DNA from: an uncultured Myxococcaceae bacterium
GTDB taxonomy: Bacteria > Myxococcota_A > Polyangia > Polyangiales > Ga0077539
Assembly (NCBI GenBank): GCA_945952225.1
Contig: CAMFHP010000008.1
Span: 1-64,000, forward strand
Reading direction: 5' to 3'
Length of the DNA: 64,000 nt
In this document: positions 1 to 9,835 of the stretch, in pieces
Layout: each line of letters begins with the position of its first letter
Position numbering within the stretch: position 1 is the first letter of the stretch
The notes under the pieces: generated by a model
Databases searched by the model: none
Told to the model about the DNA's origin: nothing
The model's input: the letters and a program-made list of their open reading frames with translations, nothing else
Translations under genes and position numbers: made by a program

Positions 1-686
1 CGCGCGCCCACGGTGGCCGTGAGTTCGTCGTTCACCGAGAGGTACGGCGACGCGTTCGACTCGTTGAGCCGCAGCCCGAGCGAGCCCGCGACGGTGAACG
101 CGCCGCGCGTGTGGGCCACGAGCACCGCGGGGTTGAACGTCCAATACGCGGCGCCGTTGTAGTGCGCGTCGTCGCCCGTGGGAAAGCCCACGGCGAGCCG
201 CAGCGCCACGCCCGTCGCACCGCGCACGAGGGGGACCTTCACGTTCACCCGAAGGTCGCCGGGACCGGTCGCGCGCGCGGGCGATCCGAGCGTCGGGCAG
301 GTGACCACGCCGGGCGGCGCGCAGGTGCCCGCGAAGGGCGTCACGCGCTGGCTCACGGCGGGCATCGCGAGCCCGACTTCGAAGAGCTGAAAGAGACCGA
401 GGTTGACGTGCGCCTCGCCCTGCACCGTGTCGGTCACGAGGTCGTTGGCGCCTGCGGCGAGCGAGCGGCTCGCGTAGCTGGCCCAGAGTCCCGCGGTCAC
501 CGTGAGGTGCGGCGCCACCGTCGGGAGGTCGAGGGAGAGCAGCGCGCGCGACGAGGTCGAGGGCTCGAAGAGCTGGAGGTTGAACGCCTGCGGGCGGTCG
601 GAGACGGTCTGCGCGCGGGCGGTCGAGGCGGCGGTGACGGAGGCAGCGAGCGCAACCGCGAACGCGCACGAAGGAAGGCGTTGCAC
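1..686 (-). CDS. Secreted outer-membrane beta-barrel-like protein, 5' part only; the gene continues beyond the window start
   Basis: The minus-strand frame is open from a GTG at 684-686 to position 1 and is not in the ORF track because it has no stop in the window. The translation starts V/MQRLPSCAFAVALAASVTAASTARAQT (signal peptide), followed by a Gly/Ala/Thr-rich beta-strand-like sequence ending ...HYNGAAYWTFNPAVLVAH. Codon third positions are strongly GC-biased. Confidence 0.45.
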   Translation of the reverse strand, partial: MQRLPSCAFAVALAASVTAASTARAQTVSDRPQAFNLQLFEPSTSSRALLSLDLPTVAPHLTVTAGLWASYASRSLAAGANDLVTDTVQGEAHVNLGLFQLFEVGLAMPAVSQRVTPFAGTCAPPGVVTCPTLGSPARATGPGDLRVNVKVPLVRGATGVALRLAVGFPTGDDAHYNGAAYWTFNPAVLVAHTRGAFTVAGSLGLRLNESNASPYLSVNDELTATVGA

Positions 687-808
687 AGCGGGCGACTCTA
701 GTACCGCGCGTCGCGGCGGCGCGAGCCCTTCACGCGCGCGGGGCCGTGGGAGGCGCGAGAAATCCGCGCACACCTCGGACACCACTGTGCCTATACTCGC
801 GCGCTGCG

Positions 809-1465
809 ATGATGCACATCGGATGCTCTGGCTTCCCCGTCCCCGCGACGCGGTACCTGCGGGAGTTCATGCTGGCCGAGGTGGCGGACACGTTTCTCGG
901 CGTGCCGGGCCCCGCGCTGGTGCGTCGGTGGAAGCGCGAGGCCCCGGAGAACTTCGTGTTCACGGCCCTCGCCCCGCGTGACCTGGGCATCGACGGGTTC
1001 AAGCCCGCGGCGACGGTCGACAGCGCGTGGGAGGCGTTTCTGCCCGTGGCGCGCGAGCTCGACGCGAAGGTGCTGGTGATCCCGTCGAACCCCGAGACCC
1101 CGCCGGGCAAGACGAACCGCGCGCTCGTGCGAGCGTTCTTCGAGAAGATCACCGTCGAGAAGCTCCCGCCCCTCGTGTGGGAGCCTCCGCCCACGTGGGA
1201 CCTCAAGGAGTGCGAGGCCACCGTGAAGGACCTCAAGGTGCTCGTCGCGCGCGATCCGCTGCGCCACGCGCCCTTCGGCAAGGTCGCGCGGGGCTACTAC
1301 CGCCTGCCGGGACCGGCTGGATACAAGTCTCGCTACGAAGATCCGGCGCTCGACGAGGTGGCCGAGGCGATCCAGAAGACGCAGTCCGCCGAGACCTTCG
1401 TGGTGTTCGCCAACGTGGACATGTACGCGGACTCGAAGCGCCTGCGGAAGCTCCTCGACCTGTGA
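809..1465 (+). CDS. DUF72 family protein (YecE-like)
   Basis: Within ORF 746..1465 an internal ATG at 809 gives MMHIGCSGFPV...AEVADTFLG, which matches the DUF72 N-terminal IGTSGW / aEvNsTFY pattern. Length about 218 aa. Confidence 0.7.
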   Translation: MMHIGCSGFPVPATRYLREFMLAEVADTFLGVPGPALVRRWKREAPENFVFTALAPRDLGIDGFKPAATVDSAWEAFLPVARELDAKVLVIPSNPETPPGKTNRALVRAFFEKITVEKLPPLVWEPPPTWDLKECEATVKDLKVLVARDPLRHAPFGKVARGYYRLPGPAGYKSRYEDPALDEVAEAIQKTQSAETFVVFANVDMYADSKRLRKLLDL

Positions 1466-1484
1466 TCCTCCCGGGCGCGCCGCG

Positions 1485-2648
1485 ATGATCCCCGCCGCCG
1501 TCGCGACCGCCCTCAGCGCCCTCTGGTGGGCGTGGACGCTCTACGCCACGGTCCGCACGATCCAGACGCTCCCGGTGCTCGCGCGCGACACCTCGCCGCC
1601 GCCTCCATCGTGGCCGCGCGTCTCGCTCGTGGTGCCCGCCCGCAACGAGGCGCGCGACCTCGAAAAGGGCATCCGCACACGCCTCGACGACGACTACCCC
1701 AACCTCCAGGTGGTGCTCGTCAACGACCGCTCCACCGACGCGACGGGGGCCCTCGCCGACGCCCTCGCCGCCCGCGATCCGCGCGTCCGCGTGGTGCACG
1801 TCACCGAGCTCCCCGCGGGCTGGCTGGGCAAGCTCCACGCGATGCAGCGCGGGGCCGAGGCGAGCGACGGCGACTGGATCCTCTTCAGCGACGCCGACGT
1901 CGAGTTCGCACCGGGAACCCTGCGCCGCGCGATCGCCCACTGCGAGCACGGCGCCTACGACCACATGACCGTGGTGCCGGGGTTCCGCGCGCAATCGTTC
2001 GCGCTCGATGCGACGCTCAACGTGTTCTGCCGCGAGCTCGTGGCGGGGGCGCGTCTCTGGCGTGTGTCGGACCTCACGTCGCGCGCGGCCGTGGGCGGCG
2101 GCATGTTCAACCTCGTGCGACGCAGCCTGTGGACGCGCACGCCGGGCCTCGAATGGCTGCGTCTCGAGATCGCCGACGACGTGGTGCTCGGGCAGATGTT
2201 GAAGCAGCACGGCGCGCGGCCCGTGGTGGTGCAGGCCGTGAGCGCGGTCACGCTCGACTTCTACAAGACGCTCGGCGAGATGGCCTGGGGCCTTGAGAAA
2301 TCGGGCTTCGCGATCATCGGACGCTACCGCGTGTCGGTGATGCTGCTCTCGTGCACGCTGGGCCTCGTGGCCGAACTGGGATGGCTCGCGGGCCTCGCGC
2401 TCCCCTCGCCCGCATGGCGCGCGCTCTCGCTCGCGGCGGGTGCGATGTCGCTGCTCTCGGTGGTGCTGCTGATGCACTGGGCCGGGCGCCGTGTGATCGC
2501 GGGGCTCGCGTATCCCTTCGGGCTCGTGGCGCTCGTGGCGATGGTGTTCCGCTCGGCGTGGCTCGTGTGGCGTCGCGGCGGCGTGGTGTGGCGCGACACG
2601 CTCTACCGCGTCGAGGAGCTACGGGCCCACTCGCGGCTCACGCTCTGA
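1485..2648 (+). CDS. Family 2 glycosyltransferase, membrane-anchored
   Basis: N-terminal TM helix, then VSLVVPARNEA...VVLVNDRSTD...DWILFSDADV, which are the GT-A DxD-type motifs. The C-terminal third is multi-TM. ATG at 1485. Confidence 0.8.
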   Translation: MIPAAVATALSALWWAWTLYATVRTIQTLPVLARDTSPPPPSWPRVSLVVPARNEARDLEKGIRTRLDDDYPNLQVVLVNDRSTDATGALADALAARDPRVRVVHVTELPAGWLGKLHAMQRGAEASDGDWILFSDADVEFAPGTLRRAIAHCEHGAYDHMTVVPGFRAQSFALDATLNVFCRELVAGARLWRVSDLTSRAAVGGGMFNLVRRSLWTRTPGLEWLRLEIADDVVLGQMLKQHGARPVVVQAVSAVTLDFYKTLGEMAWGLEKSGFAIIGRYRVSVMLLSCTLGLVAELGWLAGLALPSPAWRALSLAAGAMSLLSVVLLMHWAGRRVIAGLAYPFGLVALVAMVFRSAWLVWRRGGVVWRDTLYRVEELRAHSRLTL

Positions 2649-3242
2649 CGGCACCGCGGGCGACCACGCACCGAGGCGGGTCTCCATGGGGTCCTCGTCG
2701 AAGAGCCAGTGCCAGAGGGTGCGTCCGTCGCCCGCGGGCTCGCACAGAAAGGCCGCGTCGAGGCACACGACCTTCTTCGCGCGGAGCATGCCCTGCGCGC
2801 CCTTCACGAACATCGCGAGGCGCCGGTCGACCACGCCCACACAGCGTGACTCTTCGATCCACCAGCCGTCGCCGTCGCGCGCGCCGGAGAGCGTGACCTC
2901 CTGCAGCGTCGCGTAGCGGCCCATCGCCGAGACGCCCACACGGAGCGCCGTCTCGACGGGTGCGTCGGGCGCGTCACCGAGGCCCTCACGCGCCGCAGCC
3001 CACGCGCGCGCGTCGACGGTGGGCACGAGGTAGATCCAGTCGGCGACGGTTCCGCGCACGGGCACCGCGAGCACGGGGAGCACGTCGGCGAAGGCGCGGG
3101 CGAGCGCGTGGAGCTCGTCGTCGGCGAAGGGCGCCGCGTCGAAGACCTCGTCGATGCACGCGCGGGCCACGAGGGCGCGCACGGCGTCCTTCTGGCGCTC
3201 GCGGTCGCGGGTGATGCCGCAGCTCGATCCGCACGAAGACAT
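2619..3242 (-). CDS. Hypothetical protein
   Basis: ORF of 207 aa filling the gap downstream of the TPR gene on the same strand, with GC3-rich codons. I recognise no motif. Start uncertain. Confidence 0.4.
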   Translation of the reverse strand: MSSCGSSCGITRDRERQKDAVRALVARACIDEVFDAAPFADDELHALARAFADVLPVLAVPVRGTVADWIYLVPTVDARAWAAAREGLGDAPDAPVETALRVGVSAMGRYATLQEVTLSGARDGDGWWIEESRCVGVVDRRLAMFVKGAQGMLRAKKVVCLDAAFLCEPAGDGRTLWHWLFDEDPMETRLGAWSPAVPSEREPRVGP

Positions 3243-3281
3243 CGGTGGGTCGCGGTGTGGAGGGGTCGAACGGTCGCGCGC

Positions 3282-4256
3282 TCAGGCGTCGGCGGCGACG
3301 ATGCCGAAGAAGACCTCGGCCTCGGCCTGGAGCGCGTCGGAGAGCTCTTCGCGCTGCTCGTCGGCGTCGTCGGTCTCACGCTCCAGGGCCTTGCGGTACA
3401 CGCGCACGGCGTCGAGGGTCTTGCCCTCGCCCACGAGGCGCAGCACGGCGCGCGGATCGACGCCGGACCTCACCTCGTCGTCGCTCGCGTGCGAGGCGGC
3501 CTCGACCTTCGCGACGCTGAAGAACGCGCGGATCGCCTCGGGCTGCGCGGCGATCACCTCGCGGGTCATGGCCACGAGCTCGTCGTCGGTGAGCACGTCG
3601 TGGCCCGCGTCGTCGTCCTCTTCGCGGTCGAGGCGCAGGGCTTCGAGCCAGGCGCGGTCGCGCGTCGCGGTGTCGGCCACCTGGTCGGCCGCGAGCCCGA
3701 GCCCGTGCCACGCGTCGGAGAGCGACGGATCGGCCTCGATGAGCGCTTCGAAGTACCCGCGCGCCGTGCCGATGTCGCCGACGGCGAGCATGAGGTGGGC
3801 GAGTTCGAGCGCGAGGGGCGGCGCGAAGTCGATCTCCTCGGGGGGCGGCGCGTCTTCGAGCGTGGCGCGCGCGGCCTTGATGTCGCCCGCGTTCACTTCG
3901 AGGCCGGCCTTGAGGGCGAGCGCGTCGAGAAAGACCTCGTCGTCGTCGGCCACTTCGAGGGCCTTCGTCACGAGCTTGAGGGCCTCGTCGGTGTCGCCCA
4001 CCTCGGTCGCGAGAATCTCCGCGTGCCACATGAGCGGCGTGGCCCACTCGGCGTCGAGCTTCGCGGCCTCGACGAGGAGCTCGATGGCCTTCGCGGCGTT
4101 GCCCTCTTCACGCTGGATCGCCGCGTGGAGCAGCAGCCCGTCGCCGCGCGTCGCCGACGCGTCGCGGAGCCTGTCGGCCACCTTGCGCGCGCCCGCGAGG
4201 TCGCCGTCTTCGAGCAGGGCCCAACCGGATTCGAGGAGGTCTTCGTGCTTCTTCAT
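3282..4256 (-). CDS. TPR repeat protein
   Basis: Internal ATG (MKKHEDLLESGW...) within ORF 3282..4340. The sequence has repeated helical A/L/E-rich approximately 34-aa units (AEILATEVGDTDEALKL..., AHLMLAVGDIGTARGYFEALIEADPSLSDAWHGLG) typical of TPR repeats. Confidence 0.6.
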   Translation of the reverse strand: MKKHEDLLESGWALLEDGDLAGARKVADRLRDASATRGDGLLLHAAIQREEGNAAKAIELLVEAAKLDAEWATPLMWHAEILATEVGDTDEALKLVTKALEVADDDEVFLDALALKAGLEVNAGDIKAARATLEDAPPPEEIDFAPPLALELAHLMLAVGDIGTARGYFEALIEADPSLSDAWHGLGLAADQVADTATRDRAWLEALRLDREEDDDAGHDVLTDDELVAMTREVIAAQPEAIRAFFSVAKVEAASHASDDEVRSGVDPRAVLRLVGEGKTLDAVRVYRKALERETDDADEQREELSDALQAEAEVFFGIVAADA

Positions 4257-4364
4257 CGGAGTGGTGGCGCCCACTACCACAGGCCCGCGCGACGTGGTGC
4301 GACGATCCCGAGAGATTCTTCGCGGGATGCGTTCTGGCAACCCGCGGCCGTCGCGCGCGAGGTC

Positions 4365-6275
4365 TCAGGCGTTGGACCAGAAGTGCTTCGCGCCCCGCGC
4401 CACGCGCTCGCGCGTGAGGTCGAAGTCGTAGCGGCGCGACGCGCGCGGATCGCCCGAATAGGCTTCGAGGCAGCGGTCGATGACCGCGAGCGCCGTGTCG
4501 CGCAGGTGGGGATGGTGGTGCACCACGAAGGTGATCGCCTCGCCGAGCGCGCGCACCTCGTCGTAGGCGCCCTCGTGCGTGGCGTTCCATTCGAGCTGCG
4601 CGAGGAGCAGCGGGAGCGCGTCGGCGCCGAGGTGGTGGGCGAGCATCTTCGAAGCCATGCGGGTGGTCGGGTGCGGGTACATCCGTCCGCCGCGCTCCCG
4701 GCCCGCGAGCGCGCGCGCCACGAGGTCGAGCGTGAGGGCCTCGGTGGACCATGCGTCGGGGATTCCCCCCTCCGGCCACCCCTGCGCAGCGAGGGTCTCG
4801 AAATGCGCGCGCAGAAAGAGCCGCTCTCCTTCGCCCTCGAAGGGAATCGCGTTCGTGTACGGCCCGCTCGGAATGCCCATGCCGCGGTCGTACGAATCGC
4901 CGAGGGGATGGGACACATCGCACGGCAACACGTCGTTCGCGCGCATCCACGCGAGCACCGCGCGCACCGTCGCGAGCGTGGCGGCCCCTGCGTCCTGCGC
5001 CCACCCGCCGTCGGTGCCCGCCGAGCCCCAGTGCCACCCGTGCGTGCGCAGCTCGTAGCGGTCGAGCAGGTCTTGCGTGAGCCCTTCGGAGACGCGCCCC
5101 GCGAGCCCCGACGGCGTGGCCGAGCGCAGCATCGAGAGGGCGACGCGCAGGTCCTTCGGGTGCCGCTCGAAGGCCCCGAGCTGAAGGCCGATGTGCAGGC
5201 CGCGCAACGACTCGTCGACCACCGCGAGGCGTTCGAGCGCGAGCCGACGAAACGCGATGGGCGATGCATCGAGTCCCCGCGCGTGGCCGACGCCCTTCAC
5301 GAGATCGACGGCGCACTCGCGGTGCCACGGCACGAACCATCGCTGCGCGCCGCGCACGCCGAGAAGGCCCGGACGGCGCGTAGGCAGACGCGGCGTGTGT
5401 CCCTTGTAGACCGCGGCTTCGGGCTCGGGCCCCGGGTGCGCGCCCCACGCCGAGACCTCGTAGCGCGTGACCGCGCCCGTCGCGAGGTCGTGCGCTTCGA
5501 CGGTGTCGTTCGTGGGCTGCGCGAGGATCGTCGCGCCGTCGACCGCGGGCACGCAGAGGCTCACCACCTCGTGCACGGCGACCTCGCCCGCGCGGGTGAT
5601 CGAGACGCAGCGCACGGTGTCGTTCGAACGGTCGCGCACGAGCACCCACGCGGTGTCTCCCGCGAGGGCGAGGCCGACGTCGGCGCCGGGGTGCACGGCG
5701 AGCGGGAGCTTCCACCACACGGCGTCGTGGGCCGCGTCGACGCCGAGGGAGCCCGCGTAGACGTGGTCGTGGATGCGCGCGAGAAAGTGTCCGTCGCACG
5801 TGGTCGTGAGGTCGAACGACTCGGGCAGCCATCCCGCGCGGTCGTCGGCCTGCGGACCCACGGTGCGCGCATCGAGGGCGCGCGCCGCCGAGAGGTCGAC
5901 CTGACGCTCGTGGCGCGCCGAGTCTCCATCGATCGTCGACACATCGAGCCCGTGCGCGGCGACGGTCACGAGGTGCTCCGCGTCGCCGAGGGTGACCAGT
6001 TGCTGCGGGTGCGCGCCGCGCGAGAGCTTCGCGCGAAGTCCGAGCGCGGGCAGGCCGAGGAGCGACGTGCCCGGGTTGCCGTAGGCGCCCGTGTGCGTGC
6101 GTCCCCACACGAGCAGCGCGCCCTGCCGCGCGTCGATCGAGACGACGCCTGTGGGCGCCGAGACCTTCGCCTGGTGCTTCACCTTCACGGCCTTGCCGAG
6201 CGCGAAGCGGGTGATGCCGAACACGTCGGCGACGAAGAGCGAGGAACCGTCGGGCGCGAAGAGCAGATGGGCCAT
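4365..6275 (-). CDS. Hypothetical protein, about 636 aa
   Basis: The internal ATG giving MAHLLFAPDGSSLFVADVFG (derived from the sequence) is preferred over the low-complexity N-terminal extension of ORF 4365..6632. Same strand and probably the same operon as the TPR gene. No recognisable catalytic motif. Confidence 0.55.
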   Translation of the reverse strand: MAHLLFAPDGSSLFVADVFGITRFALGKAVKVKHQAKVSAPTGVVSIDARQGALLVWGRTHTGAYGNPGTSLLGLPALGLRAKLSRGAHPQQLVTLGDAEHLVTVAAHGLDVSTIDGDSARHERQVDLSAARALDARTVGPQADDRAGWLPESFDLTTTCDGHFLARIHDHVYAGSLGVDAAHDAVWWKLPLAVHPGADVGLALAGDTAWVLVRDRSNDTVRCVSITRAGEVAVHEVVSLCVPAVDGATILAQPTNDTVEAHDLATGAVTRYEVSAWGAHPGPEPEAAVYKGHTPRLPTRRPGLLGVRGAQRWFVPWHRECAVDLVKGVGHARGLDASPIAFRRLALERLAVVDESLRGLHIGLQLGAFERHPKDLRVALSMLRSATPSGLAGRVSEGLTQDLLDRYELRTHGWHWGSAGTDGGWAQDAGAATLATVRAVLAWMRANDVLPCDVSHPLGDSYDRGMGIPSGPYTNAIPFEGEGERLFLRAHFETLAAQGWPEGGIPDAWSTEALTLDLVARALAGRERGGRMYPHPTTRMASKMLAHHLGADALPLLLAQLEWNATHEGAYDEVRALGEAITFVVHHHPHLRDTALAVIDRCLEAYSGDPRASRRYDFDLTRERVARGAKHFWSNA

Positions 6276-6470
6276 GGCGGCGCGGACTCTATCGGTTCGC
6301 GCGGCGTCGGTCAGCGCGTTGTGCGACGCGCGTCGGGCCCCGTCGCCGATGCGAGGCGGACGCACCGCAGACGTTTGCACGGTGTTGCGTGAACGCCGCC
6401 GCAGCGCGACGCATCGGGAGCGGTCACGGGGCGCCCACGAGGGCACCGCCGCGCCGAGGGAACCCACACC

Positions 6471-6902
6471 ATGCAAGCGCTCCAGGGCGCGCGCCGCGTT
6501 GCGGTCGCGTGCGGCGTCGTCGTCTGCCTGCTCACCGGCTGCTACAGCGGCACCGCCGCGTACGTGCCACGTCACGCGCGCCTCGGCGTCGACGGCGCCC
6601 GCGCGATGCGCGCCATCGAAGACACGGTGCACGCCGCGGGTCTCACCGTGGTCTCACGCGACGCGCGACGCGGCTCCCTCGTCGCCCTGAGCACCACCAC
6701 GGCGCTCGGCGACATGGCGACGCGCGAGCGCTGGGTCTTCGGCCTCCGCGGCGACGACGTGCACGTCGAGATGCACCCCGAGACGCGCGATGCCAACGCG
6801 TGGGTGCCCCTGCGCCTCGTGTGCGACTGCTACCAGTACGCCCGCGAGCGCGAGATGCTCCGGGCGATCCGCGCGCGACTCATCGACGCGCGACGGGGAT
6901 GA
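6471..6902 (+). CDS. Small lipoprotein
   Basis: Signal peptide with a lipobox (VVCLLTGC, then YSG). GAGGGA ribosome-binding site 8 nt upstream of the ATG. 143 aa. Confidence 0.55.
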   Translation: MQALQGARRVAVACGVVVCLLTGCYSGTAAYVPRHARLGVDGARAMRAIEDTVHAAGLTVVSRDARRGSLVALSTTTALGDMATRERWVFGLRGDDVHVEMHPETRDANAWVPLRLVCDCYQYAREREMLRAIRARLIDARRG

Positions 6903-6942
6903 CCCGCAGCCACGGCGTGCGTGCTAGGGTCCGCGCCCTCCG

Positions 6943-7740
6943 ATGGGCGGCGCCATTCACATCTTCGTGACCCTGCCGACGCTGATCTACACGGTGCTGC
7001 TCGGGGCCACGCTGCTCTACTGGCTCTCGGTGGTGCTCGGTGCGCTCGACCTCGACGCGCTCGGCGGCGACGGCGCAGACCACGGCGGCGACGCGCACCA
7101 CCACGACGCGGGCGATGCGTCGGGTGACGGCGATGGCGACGCCGACGGCGACGGCGATCATCCCGGTCACGGCGACCTGCTCTCGGCCCTCGGCGGCATG
7201 TCGATCCGCAAGGTGCCGCTCACGATCTCGCTGAGCTTCACGGTGATCTTCGGCTGGCTGCTCAGCGCGCTCACGGTGCTCTTCGTCGGCGACGTCGCGC
7301 GGCGTGCGGGCGTGCCCTCCGCGGCCTTCAACGCGGTGACCTTCACGCTCACGCTGCTGGTCGCGCTGCGCCTCGCGGGTCTCGCGGTGAGGCCCATCGC
7401 GAAGGTCTTCGAAGCGCGCGGCGCCACGAAGAAGGAGCAGCTCACGGGACGCCTCGCCGAGGTCTCGACCGCGCGGCTCGATGCGCGCTTCGGTCAGGTG
7501 CTCGTCGCCGATGGCGGCGCGGGGCTGCTCATCGACGCGCGCTGGGAGGGCGACCGCACGCTCCGTCGCGGCGAGCGTGTGGTGATCACGCACTGGGACG
7601 CCGAGCGCGCCGTCGCCCACGTCGAACCCCTCGATGCGAGCCCGCGTGTGCGCGCGGTCGACGAGGGCGAGCGCGCGGAGGCAGAGCTTTCGCATTCGGC
7701 TGAAAAACAGACCAATCGACGCGGATCCGATTCGGGGTAA
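6943..7740 (+). CDS. NfeD-like / YqiJ-like inner-membrane protein; usual flotillin partner
   Basis: Three predicted TM helices, a His/Asp/Gly-rich loop (GDGADHGGDAHHHDAGDASGDGDGDADGDGDHPGHGD), and a C-terminal OB-fold-like segment (GQVLVADGGAGLLIDARWEGDRTLRRGERVVITHWDAERAVAHVEP) resembling the NfeD C-terminal beta-barrel. It lies immediately upstream of a flotillin gene, as in yqiJ-yqiK. Confidence 0.7.
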   Translation: MGGAIHIFVTLPTLIYTVLLGATLLYWLSVVLGALDLDALGGDGADHGGDAHHHDAGDASGDGDGDADGDGDHPGHGDLLSALGGMSIRKVPLTISLSFTVIFGWLLSALTVLFVGDVARRAGVPSAAFNAVTFTLTLLVALRLAGLAVRPIAKVFEARGATKKEQLTGRLAEVSTARLDARFGQVLVADGGAGLLIDARWEGDRTLRRGERVVITHWDAERAVAHVEPLDASPRVRAVDEGERAEAELSHSAEKQTNRRGSDSG

Positions 7741-7833
7741 CCCGCCGATTCTCGTCCGTACGTGCCCGCCGCGTCTGGTACGGTCCGCGCCGCCGTCGCG
7801 CCGGGGTGCCGACGTAGCCAAAGGGAGCGTTGG

Positions 7834-9783
7834 ATGGACAGCCTCATTCCTGTTGTGATCGCGGCGAGCGCGCTCGGCGTGCTCGTGCTCGGCATCATGG
7901 CCCTGCTCGCACGGTTCTACCGACAGGTCGATCAGGGCAAGGCGCTGATCGTCAACACGCTGAAGGCCGAGCCCCTCGTGACCTTCACGGGCACCGTGGT
8001 CTACCCCATCGTGCATCGCGCCGAGGTGATGGACATCTCGGTGAAGACCATCATGATCGACCGCCGCGGCAAGGAGGGGTTGATCTGCAAGGACAACATC
8101 CGCGGCGACATCAAGGTCACGTTCTTCGTGCGGGTGAACAAGACCCAGGAGGACGTGCTCAAGGTCGCGCAGTCGATCGGGTGTGCGCGCGCGAGTGATC
8201 CCGCGACGATCGAGGGGCTCTTCGAAGCGAAGTTCGCCGAGGCGCTCAAGACCGTGGGCAAGCGGCTCAACTTCGAAGACCTCTACAAGGAACGCGACCA
8301 CTTCAAGGACGCGATCATCGAGGTCATCGGCAAGGACCTGAACGGCTTCGTGATGGACGACTGCGCCATCGACTATCTGGAGCAGACGCCCGTCGAGTCG
8401 CTCGACAAGGACAACATCATGGACGCGGAGGGCATTCGGAAGATCACCGAGCTCACCGTGATCCAGAACGTGAAGACCAACGACCTGCGCCAGAAGGAGC
8501 GCATGGAGGTCGGGGCCCAGAACCTCTCGGCCGACGAGGCGCTCTTTCGCTTCGAGCAGAAGCGCTCCGAGGCCGAGGCGCGGAAGAACAAAGAGGTCGC
8601 CGTCGCGCAGGCCCGAGAGCAGAACGAGGCCGTGCGCGTCGCCAACGAGGAGCACAAGCGCACCGCCCTCGCGCAGGAGAAGAACGCCGAGGAGACCCTC
8701 GTGGCCCAGCAGGCCCGCGAGCGCGCCGTGCTCGTCGCCCAGAAGAACAAGGAGCGCGAGATCGCCGTGGAGCAGGAGCGCGTCGAGCGCGCCCGTCAGC
8801 TCGAAGCGGCCAACCGCGAGAACGACGTGACCGCGCTCAAGATCACCCGCGAGGCCGAGATCGAGCGTCAGCGCCGCGAGATCGCCGACGTGGTGCGCGC
8901 GCGCATCGTGGTCGAGAAGTCCGTGGCCGAAGAGGAGGAGCGCATCAAGGACGTGCGCGTCCTCGCCGATGCGAACCGTCAGAAGGACGCGAAGCGCATC
9001 GCCGCCGAGGCCGACGCCGCGCAGAACCTCGTGAAGCAGGTGAAGGCCGCCGAGGCCGCGGAAGAGGTCGCGAAGTTTCAGGCGCGTCAGCAGCTCGTGG
9101 CCGCCGAGGCCGCGCTCGAAGCCGCGGAGAAGCAGAGCCGCGCGAAGGTGCGTCTCGCCGAGGGCGTGCAGGCCGAAGCCGCCGCCGCGGGCCTCGCCGA
9201 CGTGCGGGTGCGCGAGGCCGCCGCCGCCGCGGTCGAGAAGCAGGGCCTCGTCGATGCGCGGGTGATGCTCGAGAAGATGCAGGCCGAGGCGCAGGGCGCC
9301 GAGCAGCAGGGCGTGGCGCGTGCGAAGGTGCGCGAGGCCGAGGCGCGCGCGCTGGAGCTGCAGGGCGCCGCCGAGGCGTCGGCGATTCGCGCGAAGATGA
9401 GCGCCGAGGCCGCGGGCATCGCCGAGAAGGCCGAGTCGATGAAGGCCCTCGACGCCGTGAGCCGCGAGCACGAGGAGTTCCGCCTGCGACTGGAGCAGAG
9501 CAAGGTCATCGCGCTGGAGTCGATCCGCGCGAAGAAGGACGTGGCCGGCGTGCAGGCCGAGGTGCTCCGCGCGGCCTTCGAGCACGCGAAGATCAACATC
9601 GTGGGCGGCGACGGGCAGTTCTTCGAGCGCTTCATGCGCGCGGTGACGCTCGGTCAGTCCATCGACGGCGCCATCGACCAGAGCGACACATTGCGCTCGC
9701 TGCTCACGCAGATCGCCGAGACCGAGGCCGCGCCCGCCGAGACGGCCGAGACCGCGGAAACCTCCCCCCGCCGCGCGCGCTGA
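7834..9783 (+). CDS. Flotillin family protein (SPFH/band-7; YqiK/FloT-like)
   Basis: ATG at 7834 preceded by AAGGGAG. The product starts MDSLIPVVIAASALGVLVLGIMAL (TM helix), then an SPFH domain (QGKALIVNT...VVYPIVHRAEVMDISVKTIMID...), then a long Ala/Glu/Arg/Gln-rich coiled-coil typical of flotillins. Confidence 0.85.
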   Translation: MDSLIPVVIAASALGVLVLGIMALLARFYRQVDQGKALIVNTLKAEPLVTFTGTVVYPIVHRAEVMDISVKTIMIDRRGKEGLICKDNIRGDIKVTFFVRVNKTQEDVLKVAQSIGCARASDPATIEGLFEAKFAEALKTVGKRLNFEDLYKERDHFKDAIIEVIGKDLNGFVMDDCAIDYLEQTPVESLDKDNIMDAEGIRKITELTVIQNVKTNDLRQKERMEVGAQNLSADEALFRFEQKRSEAEARKNKEVAVAQAREQNEAVRVANEEHKRTALAQEKNAEETLVAQQARERAVLVAQKNKEREIAVEQERVERARQLEAANRENDVTALKITREAEIERQRREIADVVRARIVVEKSVAEEEERIKDVRVLADANRQKDAKRIAAEADAAQNLVKQVKAAEAAEEVAKFQARQQLVAAEAALEAAEKQSRAKVRLAEGVQAEAAAAGLADVRVREAAAAAVEKQGLVDARVMLEKMQAEAQGAEQQGVARAKVREAEARALELQGAAEASAIRAKMSAEAAGIAEKAESMKALDAVSREHEEFRLRLEQSKVIALESIRAKKDVAGVQAEVLRAAFEHAKINIVGGDGQFFERFMRAVTLGQSIDGAIDQSDTLRSLLTQIAETEAAPAETAETAETSPRRAR

Positions 9784-9835
9784 ATCCCCGTCCTCTCCAC
9801 GTCCATTCCCCCGCACCTGACCGGGAGCGAGAGCC

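Noticed and set aside
3108-6392. 1094-aa + strand ORF, plus the overlapping ORFs 4108..6108 and 4274..5269
   Set aside because: These are antisense or off-frame relative to the coherent minus-strand TPR and hypothetical genes. Their translations are Arg/Ala/Gly-rich low complexity, so they are GC-driven open frames.
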